DNA of 64,000 bases from Gemmatimonadales bacterium (GTDB lineage Bacteria > Gemmatimonadota > Gemmatimonadetes > Gemmatimonadales > GWC2-71-9): assembly GCA_035637355.1 (NCBI GenBank), contig DASPXJ010000056.1:2517-66516 (forward strand), given 5' to 3'. A program made the translations under genes and the position numbers. Under the pieces are notes generated by a model, which ran no database searches, was not told the origin of the DNA, and saw only the letters and a list, made by a program, of their open reading frames with translations. Positions 63,335 through 64,000 of the stretch are shown in pieces (positions within the stretch are counted from its first letter, which is position 1; each line of letters starts with the position of its first letter).

Positions 63335-63990
63335 CGGCGCTGCTCACGATCGACGGGCTGCGCGTTCGCTACGAAACGCGAGATGTGCTGCGCGCCTTAT
63401 CGCTCGACGTCGCGCGAGGGGAGATCGTGGCGTTGATGGGCCCCTCGGGCGTGGGGAAGACGACGGCCCTCCGGGCGGTCGCCGCATTGCAGCCGTTCGA
63501 CGAGGGGCGGATCGTCGTCGATGGATTCGCGCTGGCACCCGGACCCGTGCCGCCGGAATCGCGCCTCGCGCCGCTGCGCCGCCGGGTGGGACTCGTGTTT
63601 CAGGGCCACGCGCTGTTCGCGCACCTCACGGCGCTCGACAACGTCACGCTGGCGATGCGACACGTTCTGGGAAAGACTCGCGGTGAGGCGGAGGCTGTCG
63701 GCGAGAAACTCTTGACCTCCCTCGACGTCGGCGCGCGCGCGGGCGCATGGCCGAGTCAGCTGTCGGGTGGCGAGGCGCAGCGGGTGGCGATTGCCCGTGC
63801 GCTGGCACCGGATCCCGCGCTGCTCCTCATGGATGAGCCGACCGCCGCGCTCGACCCGGCGCGGCGCAACACGCTGGGCACTACGTTGCGCCGCCTGTGC
63901 GCGCAGGGCCGCGGCTTGCTCGTGGCAACGCACGACGCGGAGTTCGCGCGGGCGAATGCCGATCGCGTCGTGATGCTGACGACCGGCTAG
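63331..63990 (+). CDS. amino-acid ABC transporter ATP-binding protein
   Basis: GTG 63331 overlaps the upstream stop. Walker A GPSGVGKTT, signature LSGGEAQRVAIARAL, Walker B LLLMDEPT. Confidence 0.9.
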   Translation: MTALLTIDGLRVRYETRDVLRALSLDVARGEIVALMGPSGVGKTTALRAVAALQPFDEGRIVVDGFALAPGPVPPESRLAPLRRRVGLVFQGHALFAHLTALDNVTLAMRHVLGKTRGEAEAVGEKLLTSLDVGARAGAWPSQLSGGEAQRVAIARALAPDPALLLMDEPTAALDPARRNTLGTTLRRLCAQGRGLLVATHDAEFARANADRVVMLTTG

Positions 63991-64000
63991 CCCGCTCGCT

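Overview
High-GC bacterial chromosomal segment. Hand-counted 60-nt lines are mostly about 63-72% G+C. Signal peptides ending in AQ and the gene content suggest a Gemmatimonadota-like organism, but that is inference only. All domain calls come from reading the supplied translations and recalling family motifs; no search was run. Layout: (1) 1-4698 is AT-richer accessory DNA. Two diverged ~160-nt direct repeats, each ending in the same 29-nt tRNA-Arg(CCG)-like 3' end, bracket a 3.4-kb island with no integrase. The island holds eight tightly coupled small minus-strand genes, including a three-gene cassette ending in a HEPN protein. (2) 4700-14724 is one long minus-strand operon: membrane protein, DUF4129, DUF4350, MoxR ATPase, DUF58, a secreted Big_2/PPC protein, a Ser/Thr kinase with PEGA domain, a TPR/FlgD-Ig membrane protein and an outer-membrane barrel. 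An RDD+SpoIIM fusion gene is transcribed divergently from it. (3) 16569-30895 is a 14-kb, eight-gene minus-strand operon: CsgG-like lipoprotein, outer-membrane barrel, five proteins with cohesin-like modules (three also carry dockerin-like repeats, fused to beta-helix or TolB-like propeller domains) and a Big_2 protein ending in a CxxCH cytochrome module. I rate this the most interesting candidate system, a non-cellulolytic cohesin-dockerin surface assembly. (4) 31-64 kb is mostly housekeeping or ordinary genes: M50 protease, rho, ruvX, mltG, thiE, aroH, an RlmI-like methyltransferase, an SdpR/SdpI-like pair, a CDF transporter, fdhA, SDR, tdh-kbl, M14 peptidase, mpg, an NYN/LOTUS protein with an RGG tail, an ECF sigma pair, GH130, a SUKH protein, two DUF4386 genes and an amino-acid ABC transporter. 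Short-period repeat and hairpin elements sit at 5299-5372, 31639-31727 and 37756-37875. No rRNA, intact tRNA or CRISPR array was found.
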